A stretch of 57,749 bases of DNA from a virus (lineage: Duplodnaviria; Caudoviricetes). Both the position numbers and the translations under genes were made by a program. Shown in pieces: positions 15,620 through 25,202 of the stretch. Location: the IMG/VR virus record IMGVR_UViG_3300030037_000004, positions 1 through 57,749 of that record. The stretch is one strand, 5' to 3'. Every line of letters begins with the position of its first letter. The stretch's first letter is position 1. The notes under the pieces were generated by a model. That model saw only the letters and a program-made list of their open reading frames with translations, ran no database searches and was not told where the DNA came from.

Positions 15620-17782
15620 CTACTTAGCAAAGAAGTAAGACTTGCCTGTGTTATCTAGCTTGTTCTCCAATTGGCCAACTAACTGTGCAAATGTGTGCTT
15701 TCCAACACCATCTAGGTCTCTATCACCATCTACATCGAACTGGCTCATCTTCTTGAGTATTGGAGTGGTTCTAGCACGTTCAACACCTTCAAAGTACAAC
15801 CCAACAATGTCTGTGCCTTGAGTCATATAACCTCTCTTTTCATTACACTCACTACCAAATATGGTCATGTATGCTGATTGTATGGCTCTGTGTAGCTTGC
15901 CGTCTATCATGTCATTGATGTTAACTCTAAAGCAGTCATGAACTGCAATGATATGTTGAGCACCTTCATCTTGTGCAAGATGGTTAATGATAAGTCTGGC
16001 TAGTAATGCATCCGTGGCTTGAATCAGGTTAACAAAGCCTGTTCTCATGTAATCACTCAAGCTATCCTTCTTAGTCCTGAATGTGATCTTCTTGAATGTG
16101 TGAGCCTTTGCAGCCCCAAATACTGTTACATCAGGTAGTTCAGTGTCGAATGTCACCAACTCACCATGCAGGTTAAGCTTAGTCTTGTAATTCATTGATA
16201 CATTGAAGCCATCAGGCATTAGGTGGCTAGTAGCTTGCTTAGTCATAAACATCAGGCCACCGTTCTCATCCTTACAAGCATGTGCTGCCTTGATACCCAC
16301 TCTCAAGTACTCCATCTTACCAAATGATGTCTCTATAGCTGCATGAAAGCGCTTGGCGTTCTTCTCCATTGACTTCATCGGGCCATTACTGATGATTTCT
16401 ATCAAGTGACGGAATGAATCAACAGCCATATCCTTCTCGCTAGGCAAGATAAACGCTTGATATGACTGACCATAGAAGATACCCATGTATGGCTTCTTGA
16501 TAACACTTCGAGGTATGTTGCCAAACCCTGCCGTAATACAAGCATCAGTAGCTAGTTTATAAGCGTCATCCAGTTGTTCTAATGTGAAGCCACAAGCAGC
16601 AGCAATACGTTGATCATTAGTCATTAATGCACCTAACTGAGGCCCACTACACTTAGCATCCAAGCCAAATGCCATGCCAATGTAAGGCTTAGCGAACTGT
16701 TCAGGTGCTTTCATGTGTCTAACTATTGCACGCCTGATATTGACTGCTTTCATCAATGACCATGGCTTCTTACACAAACTAGCCTGTCCAGCTAACAACT
16801 CACCAATGATAAACTGTGATGCTGATGTAACCTTGGCTAACTCTGCGTCCAAGTCCTTGAATGAGTGCATGTCCTCTATCTCAGCGTCTATGATTTGTAA
16901 CGCCTTAACACAGTTGTAATGCATCCCAACTCCATGTAAGTCCATCATTGCTCTTGCGAAGTCACTTGATTGCCCATTTGGCCCATGACATGCCGCTTGA
17001 TAGATACGACCTCTTGTATCACCAAAGAACTCACTAATACGTGCTACATTACCTTCAGCTATCAACACCTTACAGCCATCATACACGTATCTCTCGAACA
17101 CCTCATTACCCTTAACATTGGTAAGATCATGTGATACCTGCTCCTTGACCTTCTCAGCCACTTGCATCATGAACTCATCAACATTAAACACAGTTTGCTC
17201 TAGGTTATGTATTGCATCATCAAAGCACTTACTAGTCTTAGTACGAGTCTGCTTACGTCTAACTACCCAGCTAGCTTCATCAAACACTGCATCAGCACCT
17301 TGTAGCAAGCTATCGCCTTTGAACACACTTTGGTTCATCTTGACTATCTTGGCGGTGGCTAATGTTGGGTAATGTGGTAACTTCACCTTATCTAGTGATA
17401 GCAAGTACTCGCCTGCCTCTACCTCTTCACCATCTGTTACTATCAAGTCAGCACGTTCTAGTGCTTGTAACCAGTCTAGTGCCACTGCATCGTACTGCAT
17501 CTCACGGGGTACATCACCCTCTTGTAGCACGGTACCGCGTATGGCCTTATCCATCTTCTTGTGCCACCTAGCGTACCCGTACTCTATGTACTCTTGTGTA
17601 TCTAATAAAGCTGATGCTACTACTAAGCTGTCTGTTGTGCTCAAGCCTGCATTGAATAGCACTTGAACTATCGTGCTTATCTTACTGTCATCTGTTGTTA
17701 GTTGTGGCTTCATAGTTAAGATCTTATCAAGGTTAGTCATAGTTGTATTACTCTCGGTTGATGAAACATTAAGGTTAGACAT
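15620..17782 (-). CDS. Single-subunit DNA-dependent RNA polymerase 1 (divergent, 720 aa)
   Basis: DTRGRIY, motif A GLDAKCSGPQ, motif B RSVIKKPYMGIFYG, FVNLIQATDA, motif C VHDCF align by eye with T7 RNAP motifs; GGAG RBS. Confidence 0.88.
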   Translation of the reverse strand: MSNLNVSSTESNTTMTNLDKILTMKPQLTTDDSKISTIVQVLFNAGLSTTDSLVVASALLDTQEYIEYGYARWHKKMDKAIRGTVLQEGDVPREMQYDAVALDWLQALERADLIVTDGEEVEAGEYLLSLDKVKLPHYPTLATAKIVKMNQSVFKGDSLLQGADAVFDEASWVVRRKQTRTKTSKCFDDAIHNLEQTVFNVDEFMMQVAEKVKEQVSHDLTNVKGNEVFERYVYDGCKVLIAEGNVARISEFFGDTRGRIYQAACHGPNGQSSDFARAMMDLHGVGMHYNCVKALQIIDAEIEDMHSFKDLDAELAKVTSASQFIIGELLAGQASLCKKPWSLMKAVNIRRAIVRHMKAPEQFAKPYIGMAFGLDAKCSGPQLGALMTNDQRIAAACGFTLEQLDDAYKLATDACITAGFGNIPRSVIKKPYMGIFYGQSYQAFILPSEKDMAVDSFRHLIEIISNGPMKSMEKNAKRFHAAIETSFGKMEYLRVGIKAAHACKDENGGLMFMTKQATSHLMPDGFNVSMNYKTKLNLHGELVTFDTELPDVTVFGAAKAHTFKKITFRTKKDSLSDYMRTGFVNLIQATDALLARLIINHLAQDEGAQHIIAVHDCFRVNINDMIDGKLHRAIQSAYMTIFGSECNEKRGYMTQGTDIVGLYFEGVERARTTPILKKMSQFDVDGDRDLDGVGKHTFAQLVGQLENKLDNTGKSYFFAK

Positions 17783-17909
17783 TGTATTACTCCACTTAGT
17801 TAAGCAAGACCATTATTGATCATACTATTCGAAAGAACTCTAAAGTAAAAGAGACTCCTTTATACACCTGAATCCCTAAGCGTCTCGGGCTTATATATAT
17901 TTCTAAAAA

Positions 17910-18110
17910 TACAAGCCAATACTAGCCAACCCGACCTAATACTGGCTAATACAAGCCTTTACTACCTTGCCACTTCCTATAACTACCTAATACTACCCTG
18001 AACCTACCTTTCTTCTACCTTGTACCTACCTCGATCCTCCGCCTATGTTACCTCCTAGTACTACCTAGTTACTGCCTATAACTACCTAGAATAAACCTAG
18101 TACTAGCATA
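17910..18110. repeat. Degenerate helically phased repeat array (CWAGCC/CTACCT units, ~10-11 bp period) between AT-rich blocks
   Basis: Unit cores near 17916, 17926, 17935, 17946, 17956, 17965, 17976, 17986, 17996, 18007, 18018, 18029, 18039, then 18054-18107. Confidence 0.8.
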
Positions 18111-18160
18111 TATAATATATTTATAATCAGGTCAGTAGGGTATACACACTGTTACCTTTA

Positions 18161-18200
18161 GAGCCTACCCACCCTAGCTACAGCTAAGACAGGCAGACTC
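18161..18200 (-). terminator. 18 bp G-U-rich hairpin after the last late gene
   Basis: GAGUCUGCCUGUCUUAGC-UGUA-GCUAGGGUGGGUAGGCUC; 6 G-U pairs; no U-tract. Confidence 0.6.
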
Positions 18201-18209
18201 CACCTAATT

Positions 18210-20066
18210 CTAGTACTTAATGTACCACTTTGTATCCTCTGTACCAGCCGCAGACAGGCAATACCAGAGTTCGTTACTACCAGTATTAGTCTGTCTAGCT
18301 ATCCAGAGTGTGCCAGCGTCTTGATCAAACTCCAGACCATCCCAGCCCCAATCAGCAGCCGAGTCGAAGAATGTTGAGAAGGAAACAGTTGCAATGTCCA
18401 AATCATAGATCCTACGGTTAGCAGCCGAGTCTTGTACATACAGGATCTGCTTAGCCTCATCTAGCGCTATGTCGATAATGCTACCACCAAGGTAGTTCCC
18501 TGCCACAATCCAAGCTGTACCTGTACCAGAGAAGACACCACCAGGCAGGTATGAGACGGTATTATCATCAGCACACCAAACATTACTAGTAGTCTCATCA
18601 ATGGTTATAGCACGTGCTGTACCACCCAAGAAATTACCAGCCTGTACTACTGATCCTGCACCTGCATACTGTACCTTCACTAAGTCAGGGTTGGCTGAGG
18701 TGCCTTCCTCTGCTACATACCACAAGTTACCGTTACGGCTATCCACAGCTATGCACTTTATCTGTCGTAGGGACTCTACCAAGTGGGATGTAAACGTCAG
18801 CCCTTTGTCATAACTTACCCATATCGTGCTTAGGAAACCGGCAACAGTAAGGACGAGTAGTCGGTCATGAAACTCATCATAAGTTATGTGCTGGATAGTA
18901 CTGACTGATACATTGGCTTCAAAGTCACCCACCTCAGTCCACGTACTAACACCGCCTATGCTTCTGTGTATCCGGTTAGTCGAAGCAGCCTGTGCCCAGT
19001 ATAAGTCACCACTAACTTTATCTCTGGCCATATCCACTGTGGTACCTGGCTGTACAGGATCACCAATGGTAGGTACTATAAGTGGAGCACCTAACGCACC
19101 TTTCAGACCTTTAAGGATAGGGTCTAGTTTGGGTGGGTTGAATGTGGTTCCACCATTACCATCTCCGAAGTTGGTACCTATGTGTCCGAATAGTAGATCA
19201 AACGTAACAGTCCTGGATATAGGCAAGCCGTCACAGGGGTGATAACGACGAGCTGCCATTTGCACGTCAGTACTGGCACTTACTATCATGTCACCTACAG
19301 AGGCACCATCTTGGGCTGCTACCCATCCGGCATCTTGTCTAACATAAGGACTACCGTCAGAGGGAGCATCAGCCATGCCACCAGGAACTATTTCCCAGTT
19401 ATTGTCCCTACGTGCGTAGAAGCTGCCGTTAGCTGGTGAGTCAGGTATGGTACCTGCAACTTCAGACTGGATAGGTGGGTGAGCTTCATGGAAGAGCCTA
19501 CTAGCAGCGGCTGGTGTCATTGCTGAACCGTCTGGACTCGTCGTAGCTCCTGCGTTATACAACACCATCTCGCCGTTGCTGTTACCCATTACCCAGTTGT
19601 CGCTTCCGCCAGTTGTCCAGAAGAAGAGTTTGGGTAGTTGGCTACGAAGGGTTATGTCATTCTTGTTCCAAGCTGTGAGAGAGTCACTAGTGTGGTGAAT
19701 GTCATCAATCATCAAGCCGTAGTCAATCGTGTGATTAGCTGGTGCGTCACCCAAGTAGGTACCTTGTGACCAGCTATCGTTAGCAATAAGTGGCTCTACA
19801 CCTAATGCCCAGTTAACTGTAGCTGTCCACATTGACCCAGCATGGTAACAGCGTGCACCAGCAACGTATGTCACTTCTGCATCCCAAGAGCTATGTCCGC
19901 GCTCGGCTTGGTTTAGCATGTTACTGTCTAGTGCTGACAAGACATGGTTCATTTTCTGGAAAGTAGGTATCTCGGCTAACCAGCCTGTCTCGTAGAGGGT
20001 ATCACCAGGGTCTGTAGCGGTTCCAGTACTTGACCAGACTTTACTTAGTTGTATTGTATCTGTCAT
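18210..20066 (-). CDS. Tail fibre / receptor-binding protein
   Basis: Last gene after the baseplate; N-terminal GW..EIP...MN anchor, two D.P.[DN]G..Y.R....W repeats, tail-collar motif PCDG..ISR...LF..IG..FG.G.G.TTF..P, propeller-like C-terminus. Confidence 0.88.
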   Translation of the reverse strand: MTDTIQLSKVWSSTGTATDPGDTLYETGWLAEIPTFQKMNHVLSALDSNMLNQAERGHSSWDAEVTYVAGARCYHAGSMWTATVNWALGVEPLIANDSWSQGTYLGDAPANHTIDYGLMIDDIHHTSDSLTAWNKNDITLRSQLPKLFFWTTGGSDNWVMGNSNGEMVLYNAGATTSPDGSAMTPAAASRLFHEAHPPIQSEVAGTIPDSPANGSFYARRDNNWEIVPGGMADAPSDGSPYVRQDAGWVAAQDGASVGDMIVSASTDVQMAARRYHPCDGLPISRTVTFDLLFGHIGTNFGDGNGGTTFNPPKLDPILKGLKGALGAPLIVPTIGDPVQPGTTVDMARDKVSGDLYWAQAASTNRIHRSIGGVSTWTEVGDFEANVSVSTIQHITYDEFHDRLLVLTVAGFLSTIWVSYDKGLTFTSHLVESLRQIKCIAVDSRNGNLWYVAEEGTSANPDLVKVQYAGAGSVVQAGNFLGGTARAITIDETTSNVWCADDNTVSYLPGGVFSGTGTAWIVAGNYLGGSIIDIALDEAKQILYVQDSAANRRIYDLDIATVSFSTFFDSAADWGWDGLEFDQDAGTLWIARQTNTGSNELWYCLSAAGTEDTKWYIKY

Positions 20067-20072
20067 ATTTAT

Positions 20073-20663
20073 TTAAACTCTATTTATAGTGAATACTATA
20101 CCATTAGTCACGAACCACTTTGATGCGTACTGTATGATAGCTTCTTCAGGTGAGGTAACTTCAGTTAAGGCTAGGTTCAGAGTAAACTGTCTAGCAGCAG
20201 GATAAGTTACAGACATAGTTACAGGTGATCTGTTTAGTAATCTCCTTACTATCTCGTACACATCCTCTACACTACATTGATCCTTATTCATCACATATGC
20301 TTTAGCCCGTAAGAGGTTTTTATACACATAATCAGTTAAAGGGGTTACGGTGTACCCTAGCGAGTTCTCATCCTTGAACACACCATCACCAAAGCCTAGT
20401 GCTCCAGTGGCCCCTTGGAAACCAAAGAACTCTTCAGCGACCACAACATCCCGCTTCTGGTCTAGGATAAGGCCGATAATGTCTAGTGCCTCACCTTCAG
20501 CGTTGTCAAGGAATCGGCCCAGGTACGAGGCTTCAGAGTTAGCAAAGCAGATGTTCATCTCTTCGAAGTAACACATGAAGTATTCGCGTAAGATCGGCTT
20601 ACCTTGGAACTGCTCCAGCAACATGGCATCCATGATCTTCTCACCACGTTTTAAATCTACCAT
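20073..20663 (-). CDS. Baseplate wedge protein (DUF2612-like)
   Basis: LDNAEGEALDIIG, FFGF, LTD..Y..LLRAK; follows baseplate J. Confidence 0.8.
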   Translation of the reverse strand: MVDLKRGEKIMDAMLLEQFQGKPILREYFMCYFEEMNICFANSEASYLGRFLDNAEGEALDIIGLILDQKRDVVVAEEFFGFQGATGALGFGDGVFKDENSLGYTVTPLTDYVYKNLLRAKAYVMNKDQCSVEDVYEIVRRLLNRSPVTMSVTYPAARQFTLNLALTEVTSPEEAIIQYASKWFVTNGIVFTINRV

Positions 20664-20671
20664 GATACTCC

Positions 20672-21805
20672 TTAGGCTATAGTGATGTCAGTGGGGTCGA
20701 TTACAGCGAACTCGCCCTCAGCAATTACAAAGTTGGCTGCGGTCTGATTAGCTTGGCCCACTTCCCCGATAAGGAAAGAATCAACCTGTGCTTCGGCGTA
20801 GCCTGTGATTATGCCGTAGTAGTGGCTGTGTATAATGTCGCCACCTGCAAGCAAGGCATTAACCTTAGCTGCTATGTCTGTCTGTATACCCTCATCAGCA
20901 CCGGCAGTATCATCCGATAGATAGGTAAGGTTGACAGTCATCTCGATATTAACAGCAACTGCCTTATCGAAGTTGATTGTGACGTTTACGCCTTGGCTAT
21001 CCTGAACTACAACGCTCGTAGTACCAAAGGTAGGTGTACCAGTGTTTAGGGTGGCAAGGATTGTTCTAGCTATTTGCGCGTCAGTAACAGTACCGACTTC
21101 ACCTACAGTAACGTGGATGTTACCTACAGGAGTGCCATCGGCCAAAGGTGCAATGGTGTGGTTATCTGCAACAGTTACTTGCGGGATACCCAGCTCACGT
21201 ATGCGTGCTTCAGTTACGGCTGCCACTGACGTGTAGTTGCGTAGTACTGTCTTGTTTCGCAGGTTACGGAATGCTTCTTCTGTTTGTGCAGAGGAGCCAA
21301 CTGTACCGGCTGCGGTCTGAGTAACGCCTGTCCAGCCTGGGATAGCTGTAACTACATTGACTATCGTGCCAATGGGCATTGCAATAGCACCAGCGTTCTT
21401 AGCTATGACTTGTACGTTTCCGCCTACTGTGGCAGCAAGTACGGTAATGAACTCGTTGTCTAGAGCGTCACTCACGATACTACCACGAGGCACTGAGGTA
21501 CCGGCTGTACCAGTGAGGTTAACGAATGTCGCTGATCGTTCTGCAACGCCGTACTCTATGCCTGATATGAGTCCAAGATGCTGCAAGCCTAAGCCATTGG
21601 CAATAAGAGGGCTGTAGCTGTAGTGAGTCGTCTTTTGCTCTGACTGAAGCAAGGAAGCTTCAAAGCCGTAAATCCTAAGGAACTGCCCTTCGATGGACTC
21701 CACTGACAAGTCAATATTCGGATCGTAGGCAATTAGCCTTGCTGTGATACGCGCTACTATAGTTTCGTAGCTATCGGCTGTATAGCCGTCTCTAGTTAGT
21801 CCCAT
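20672..21805 (-). CDS. Baseplate J-like wedge protein
   Basis: MGLT.DG start, GTAGTSVP.GS, G...TEEAFR; synteny. Confidence 0.88.
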   Translation of the reverse strand: MGLTRDGYTADSYETIVARITARLIAYDPNIDLSVESIEGQFLRIYGFEASLLQSEQKTTHYSYSPLIANGLGLQHLGLISGIEYGVAERSATFVNLTGTAGTSVPRGSIVSDALDNEFITVLAATVGGNVQVIAKNAGAIAMPIGTIVNVVTAIPGWTGVTQTAAGTVGSSAQTEEAFRNLRNKTVLRNYTSVAAVTEARIRELGIPQVTVADNHTIAPLADGTPVGNIHVTVGEVGTVTDAQIARTILATLNTGTPTFGTTSVVVQDSQGVNVTINFDKAVAVNIEMTVNLTYLSDDTAGADEGIQTDIAAKVNALLAGGDIIHSHYYGIITGYAEAQVDSFLIGEVGQANQTAANFVIAEGEFAVIDPTDITIA

Positions 21806-21809
21806 GATA

Positions 21810-22145
21810 TTACCAAGGTATAGTTAGTGAGATAGTCCCGTATATAGTAGTGGCTTTGAAGTCTAGCTTCAGTGTCCGGTCACTCATGAGTTTTAAAGTC
21901 ATTTCGTCAACAGACAGCACACCTACAGTACTGAGGATGATATTTGTAGCCCGTAGTTCTAGGTCGAACAGGTCAGGGTTGGTTGTGTGTTCGGCCAGAC
22001 TTATCCAGCCTATGGTGGGGTCTAGTGACCACTCGCCCAGCTTAGCAAGTAACTTGCACTTAACTAGCTGGACTGTGTATCTACCCTCTGTAACAGTAGC
22101 GCCTCTGATTAGATCATGAGTGCTACTGTCTAGAGCTTTATACAT
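21810..22145 (-). CDS. Baseplate wedge / sheath initiator (gp25/W-like)
   Basis: LGEWSLDPTIG, IL.T.GV, TIYG; between spike and J. Confidence 0.75.
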   Translation of the reverse strand: MYKALDSSTHDLIRGATVTEGRYTVQLVKCKLLAKLGEWSLDPTIGWISLAEHTTNPDLFDLELRATNIILSTVGVLSVDEMTLKLMSDRTLKLDFKATTIYGTISLTIPW

Positions 22146-22154
22146 ATGGATTCC

Positions 22155-23051
22155 TTAAGAAGGTACGCTTGTAGGGTTACCAAGGTTACCAGAGTGTACG
22201 TGACCATCTAGTGTTTGAGTTGCACTAGCTACGGTTGTGGCAGTCAATGCGCCGGTAATAGCTGTGATGCCTGTAATTGTAACAGGCCCAACTATAGCCG
22301 CACCAGTAGCACCAGCAGGAGCACCACCAGCACCAATACCTTTAGCAACCAACAACGTCTCTGTGATAGACATAGCACCAGTCAGTGTAAAGAGAGGTGT
22401 TGTCATGTTCACAGCAGTGGCGGCTATGATGGCTAGGGTTGGTGTAGTTACTGTGGCGGATGTTGTTGCATCAACTGTCAGTGTCACACAGTCTGCATCT
22501 ATGCTATTGGTAGCGTTAACTACTGCATCATCGCACTGGACATCTACTAGCGGTGCCGTTATGAGTACCTTAGTAGTTGTCTCTATCTCGATGTCCTGGT
22601 CATCCTTAAGCCTAATGATTTGGTCGGCAGCAGCGTTCCTCCACTCTGAGTGAGTATCTGAATAGCTAGTGATAGCCAATGGCTCGGTATGGTAACCAAC
22701 AAGGCAGAAGCCGTCATTACGATTGAACTTACGTCTCAACCATGGCTTGGGTATCTCATCCAGCGTACCAGCACTTACCTTGTTCTCATACAACCAATGG
22801 TCATAGCCAACCTGACTAAAGCTAACCTGGCATGTATCTCCTACTGCAATAGGGTGAGTCTGAGCCCAGCCACCTCCAGAGTTGATATGCACAGGTATGC
22901 CTTTGATCGGCTTTGTTACCAGCATCTTGGCAGTTTCGCCTGAGTCGCTGTAAACTAGCTCGACACAAACTTGTACCGTAGCTTGCTGCTTGGCTGCATC
23001 GAATGTAACTATCTTGCCTGGTACGTTATAGAGTAGTTGGTTATTAAGCAT
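22155..23051 (-). CDS. Baseplate central spike (Gp138/gpV-like)
   Basis: PGKIVTFDA, P..GD.C...F, beta-helix-like T/A/V repeats, terminal HxH; start set at MLNNQ. Confidence 0.85.
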   Translation of the reverse strand: MLNNQLLYNVPGKIVTFDAAKQQATVQVCVELVYSDSGETAKMLVTKPIKGIPVHINSGGGWAQTHPIAVGDTCQVSFSQVGYDHWLYENKVSAGTLDEIPKPWLRRKFNRNDGFCLVGYHTEPLAITSYSDTHSEWRNAAADQIIRLKDDQDIEIETTTKVLITAPLVDVQCDDAVVNATNSIDADCVTLTVDATTSATVTTPTLAIIAATAVNMTTPLFTLTGAMSITETLLVAKGIGAGGAPAGATGAAIVGPVTITGITAITGALTATTVASATQTLDGHVHSGNLGNPTSVPS

Positions 23052-24228
23052 TCTTATCACCGAAGAAGGTTCTCGTATCCTCACTGGCTGATACTTTAAT
23101 GAGCTGGACAGGAGCAAGCTGGGGTGTGCCAGTTGCAGCCGCACCAACAGATCGTGCAGCCGTCAGAGCCTCTAGTGGCCCCAGGACAGTACCCACAACA
23201 GCCGATGCCGCTGACCTTGCCGTTCCTATTGATCCCGCGATAAAGTCGTCTACACCCAAAGCAGCGACGATCTGACCGAGGTGTGCATTAGAATTCAATT
23301 TAGTCAGGCCATATTTGCCACCGTAAATCGACTCCTCCAAATCACCTAAGGCCGTGTTGATGTAGCCCTTGGCAGCTCTGTCTATTACCCCCACGGAACC
23401 GGCCAGTAGTTCTTGCCCTAGAGTGGCAGCACCCTTGGGGTTACCTATTAAGGGGATCTCACTAGCTATGATGTCCGAGATAGAGTCAACTGTGGTTCGC
23501 CAGTCAAAGGTATCAATGATGGGAGCCACGGCCATTACTATGTCACTCGTGTGCATGTTAAAGCTATGGTCACCTGTAGCAGGATCGAAGCCTAAGTGCT
23601 CATACACAGTGGTCATGATAGTACCGGCAGGGTTCGCAGTCTGTAAAGAGAACGATCCAGCAAAGTCGGTAAGGCCAGTTTGTATCACAGCAGAGCCAGG
23701 AACGTTAATGCCAACACCAGCCAGTTCGGCTACCTTGGTTTCTCGCTCAGCTCCAGAGATACTATTGAAGACTACCAAGCTAGGTGTCTTGTTCGAGATA
23801 GTACTACCTATTTGGACTTGCTCACCCCGTAACTCAAACTTGGCGCTATCCATCATACCTGCACCTTGCTTTGTCTTTAGCTTGGTGAATATGACAGGAT
23901 CGTACGTACCAAGGTTGGTTTGTACTATACAGGGTACAGCCCGCTTGATTAGATCTCGCAATGAAGCAAAGACTATCTTGGAGTTGTTCACGCCGTACTG
24001 GTGGAATGTGTCTGTCCCGACCAGGGGAGTGTTGGATATAAGGCCAGTTAATGATATGACCTGGTTAGTAATGATAGCGTGCTTGCTTATCGTGAAGCCT
24101 TCCTGTGTAGGATACTTCGTTATAACACTACCTACCTCGTGCTCCTCAGCCTCAACAGAGTGAAAGCGAATCACTGAGTCTTGCCCGTTTACGGTGTGGG
24201 TAATCTGCGCCTTTGTAGGCTTAGGCAT
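23044..24228 (-). CDS. Baseplate/tail tube initiator (Dit-like) protein
   Basis: EEHE...ITKYP.Q.G..IS.H N-terminal pattern; synteny. Confidence 0.7.
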   Translation of the reverse strand: MPKPTKAQITHTVNGQDSVIRFHSVEAEEHEVGSVITKYPTQEGFTISKHAIITNQVISLTGLISNTPLVGTDTFHQYGVNNSKIVFASLRDLIKRAVPCIVQTNLGTYDPVIFTKLKTKQGAGMMDSAKFELRGEQVQIGSTISNKTPSLVVFNSISGAERETKVAELAGVGINVPGSAVIQTGLTDFAGSFSLQTANPAGTIMTTVYEHLGFDPATGDHSFNMHTSDIVMAVAPIIDTFDWRTTVDSISDIIASEIPLIGNPKGAATLGQELLAGSVGVIDRAAKGYINTALGDLEESIYGGKYGLTKLNSNAHLGQIVAALGVDDFIAGSIGTARSAASAVVGTVLGPLEALTAARSVGAAATGTPQLAPVQLIKVSASEDTRTFFGDKNA

Positions 24229-24236
24229 GATAGCTC

Positions 24237-25202
24237 CTATTTAAACCAAGCAGAGTCAGATGTTGGCATCGACAGTCCTGGCTGTGGTGAGGTTGCATTT
24301 GCTTTAGTTTGCCATAGCTTTGTCCAGTTTGATCCACGATGCTGTACACCGAGAGTCTGGTACTTGGCTGACCCTGCCACCTTTGAGGTAAGAAAGTCTT
24401 GGCTTAATTGTAGTATCTCGTCACCCTGTGCTGTATCAGCAAACAGTATGTTGGAGATGTCCAAGATAGAAGCAGGCTGTATATCACCGTTGAGTAGTGC
24501 CTCAATGGAGAGTGTGGCAGGCCCGATCTTGGGGTTGTTCAGCATCTGGGTAGTGGTAAGTTGTATCTGGCCAGGGGAGCTAAACAGGTTTGTGGAAGCT
24601 ACGTTCTTGGCGTTGGGGATACACATTAGATCCAGGTCATCACCCTTCGTGTAAATTTTGTAGCCATAGGCAGTACCTAGCGATTCCATGATGTCAAGGA
24701 ACGTACCTTGATAGTGCATCTGAGGGGTGGGTGGTATGTGGTCTACAGTATCAGCAGGGAAGTGGACGTAATTGACTTCACCATCGAAGCCTATCTCGTC
24801 TGTCATTTGCTGGACTGATCTACGTAGGGATGGCCTTAACACCTCAGTGTCGATAACCTTCTCTAGGAACTTCTTACGCATACCAGGAAAGCAGAACAGG
24901 GTTGTTACACTCTCAGGCAGGTCAGGCACTTCCAGCGCATTACTGACAAACATGTGGTTAGCTAGAACCTGTTCAGGCCCACCATGCATTGATACAGTGA
25001 GTGTCACGTAGTTCTCGCCATGGGTCAGCGACCTGACAGTCTCAGGGTTTAGGTTGTACAGGTCAAACTTGGCCCGACTGAAGCCAGGTATGTTACGTAT
25101 GTCAAAGTCGACGCGGAGGTTATCTGTTTCAAAGACAACTCCCCCGCTACCGTTCTGAACCTTGATACGCACGTATTGACCAAACGTATCTATCTTGGCC
25201 AT
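24237..25202 (-). CDS. Baseplate hub protein
   Basis: LRVDFDI...A..DLYNLN.ET, ALLN..I.P, H.G..W...W.T; follows the tape measure locus. Confidence 0.7.
   Translation of the reverse strand: MAKIDTFGQYVRIKVQNGSGGVVFETDNLRVDFDIRNIPGFSRAKFDLYNLNPETVRSLTHGENYVTLTVSMHGGPEQVLANHMFVSNALEVPDLPESVTTLFCFPGMRKKFLEKVIDTEVLRPSLRRSVQQMTDEIGFDGEVNYVHFPADTVDHIPPTPQMHYQGTFLDIMESLGTAYGYKIYTKGDDLDLMCIPNAKNVASTNLFSSPGQIQLTTTQMLNNPKIGPATLSIEALLNGDIQPASILDISNILFADTAQGDEILQLSQDFLTSKVAGSAKYQTLGVQHRGSNWTKLWQTKANATSPQPGLSMPTSDSAWFK

Noticed and set aside
17818-17850. Sigma70 promoter for RNAP1 (TTTACT-16-TAGTAT, minus strand)
   Set aside because: Position is plausible but the match and spacing are too weak to call without TSS data
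15030-18110. CRISPR array or mini-array in the repeat-rich blocks
   Set aside because: Units are ~10 bp and degenerate, with no repeat-spacer structure and no cas genes
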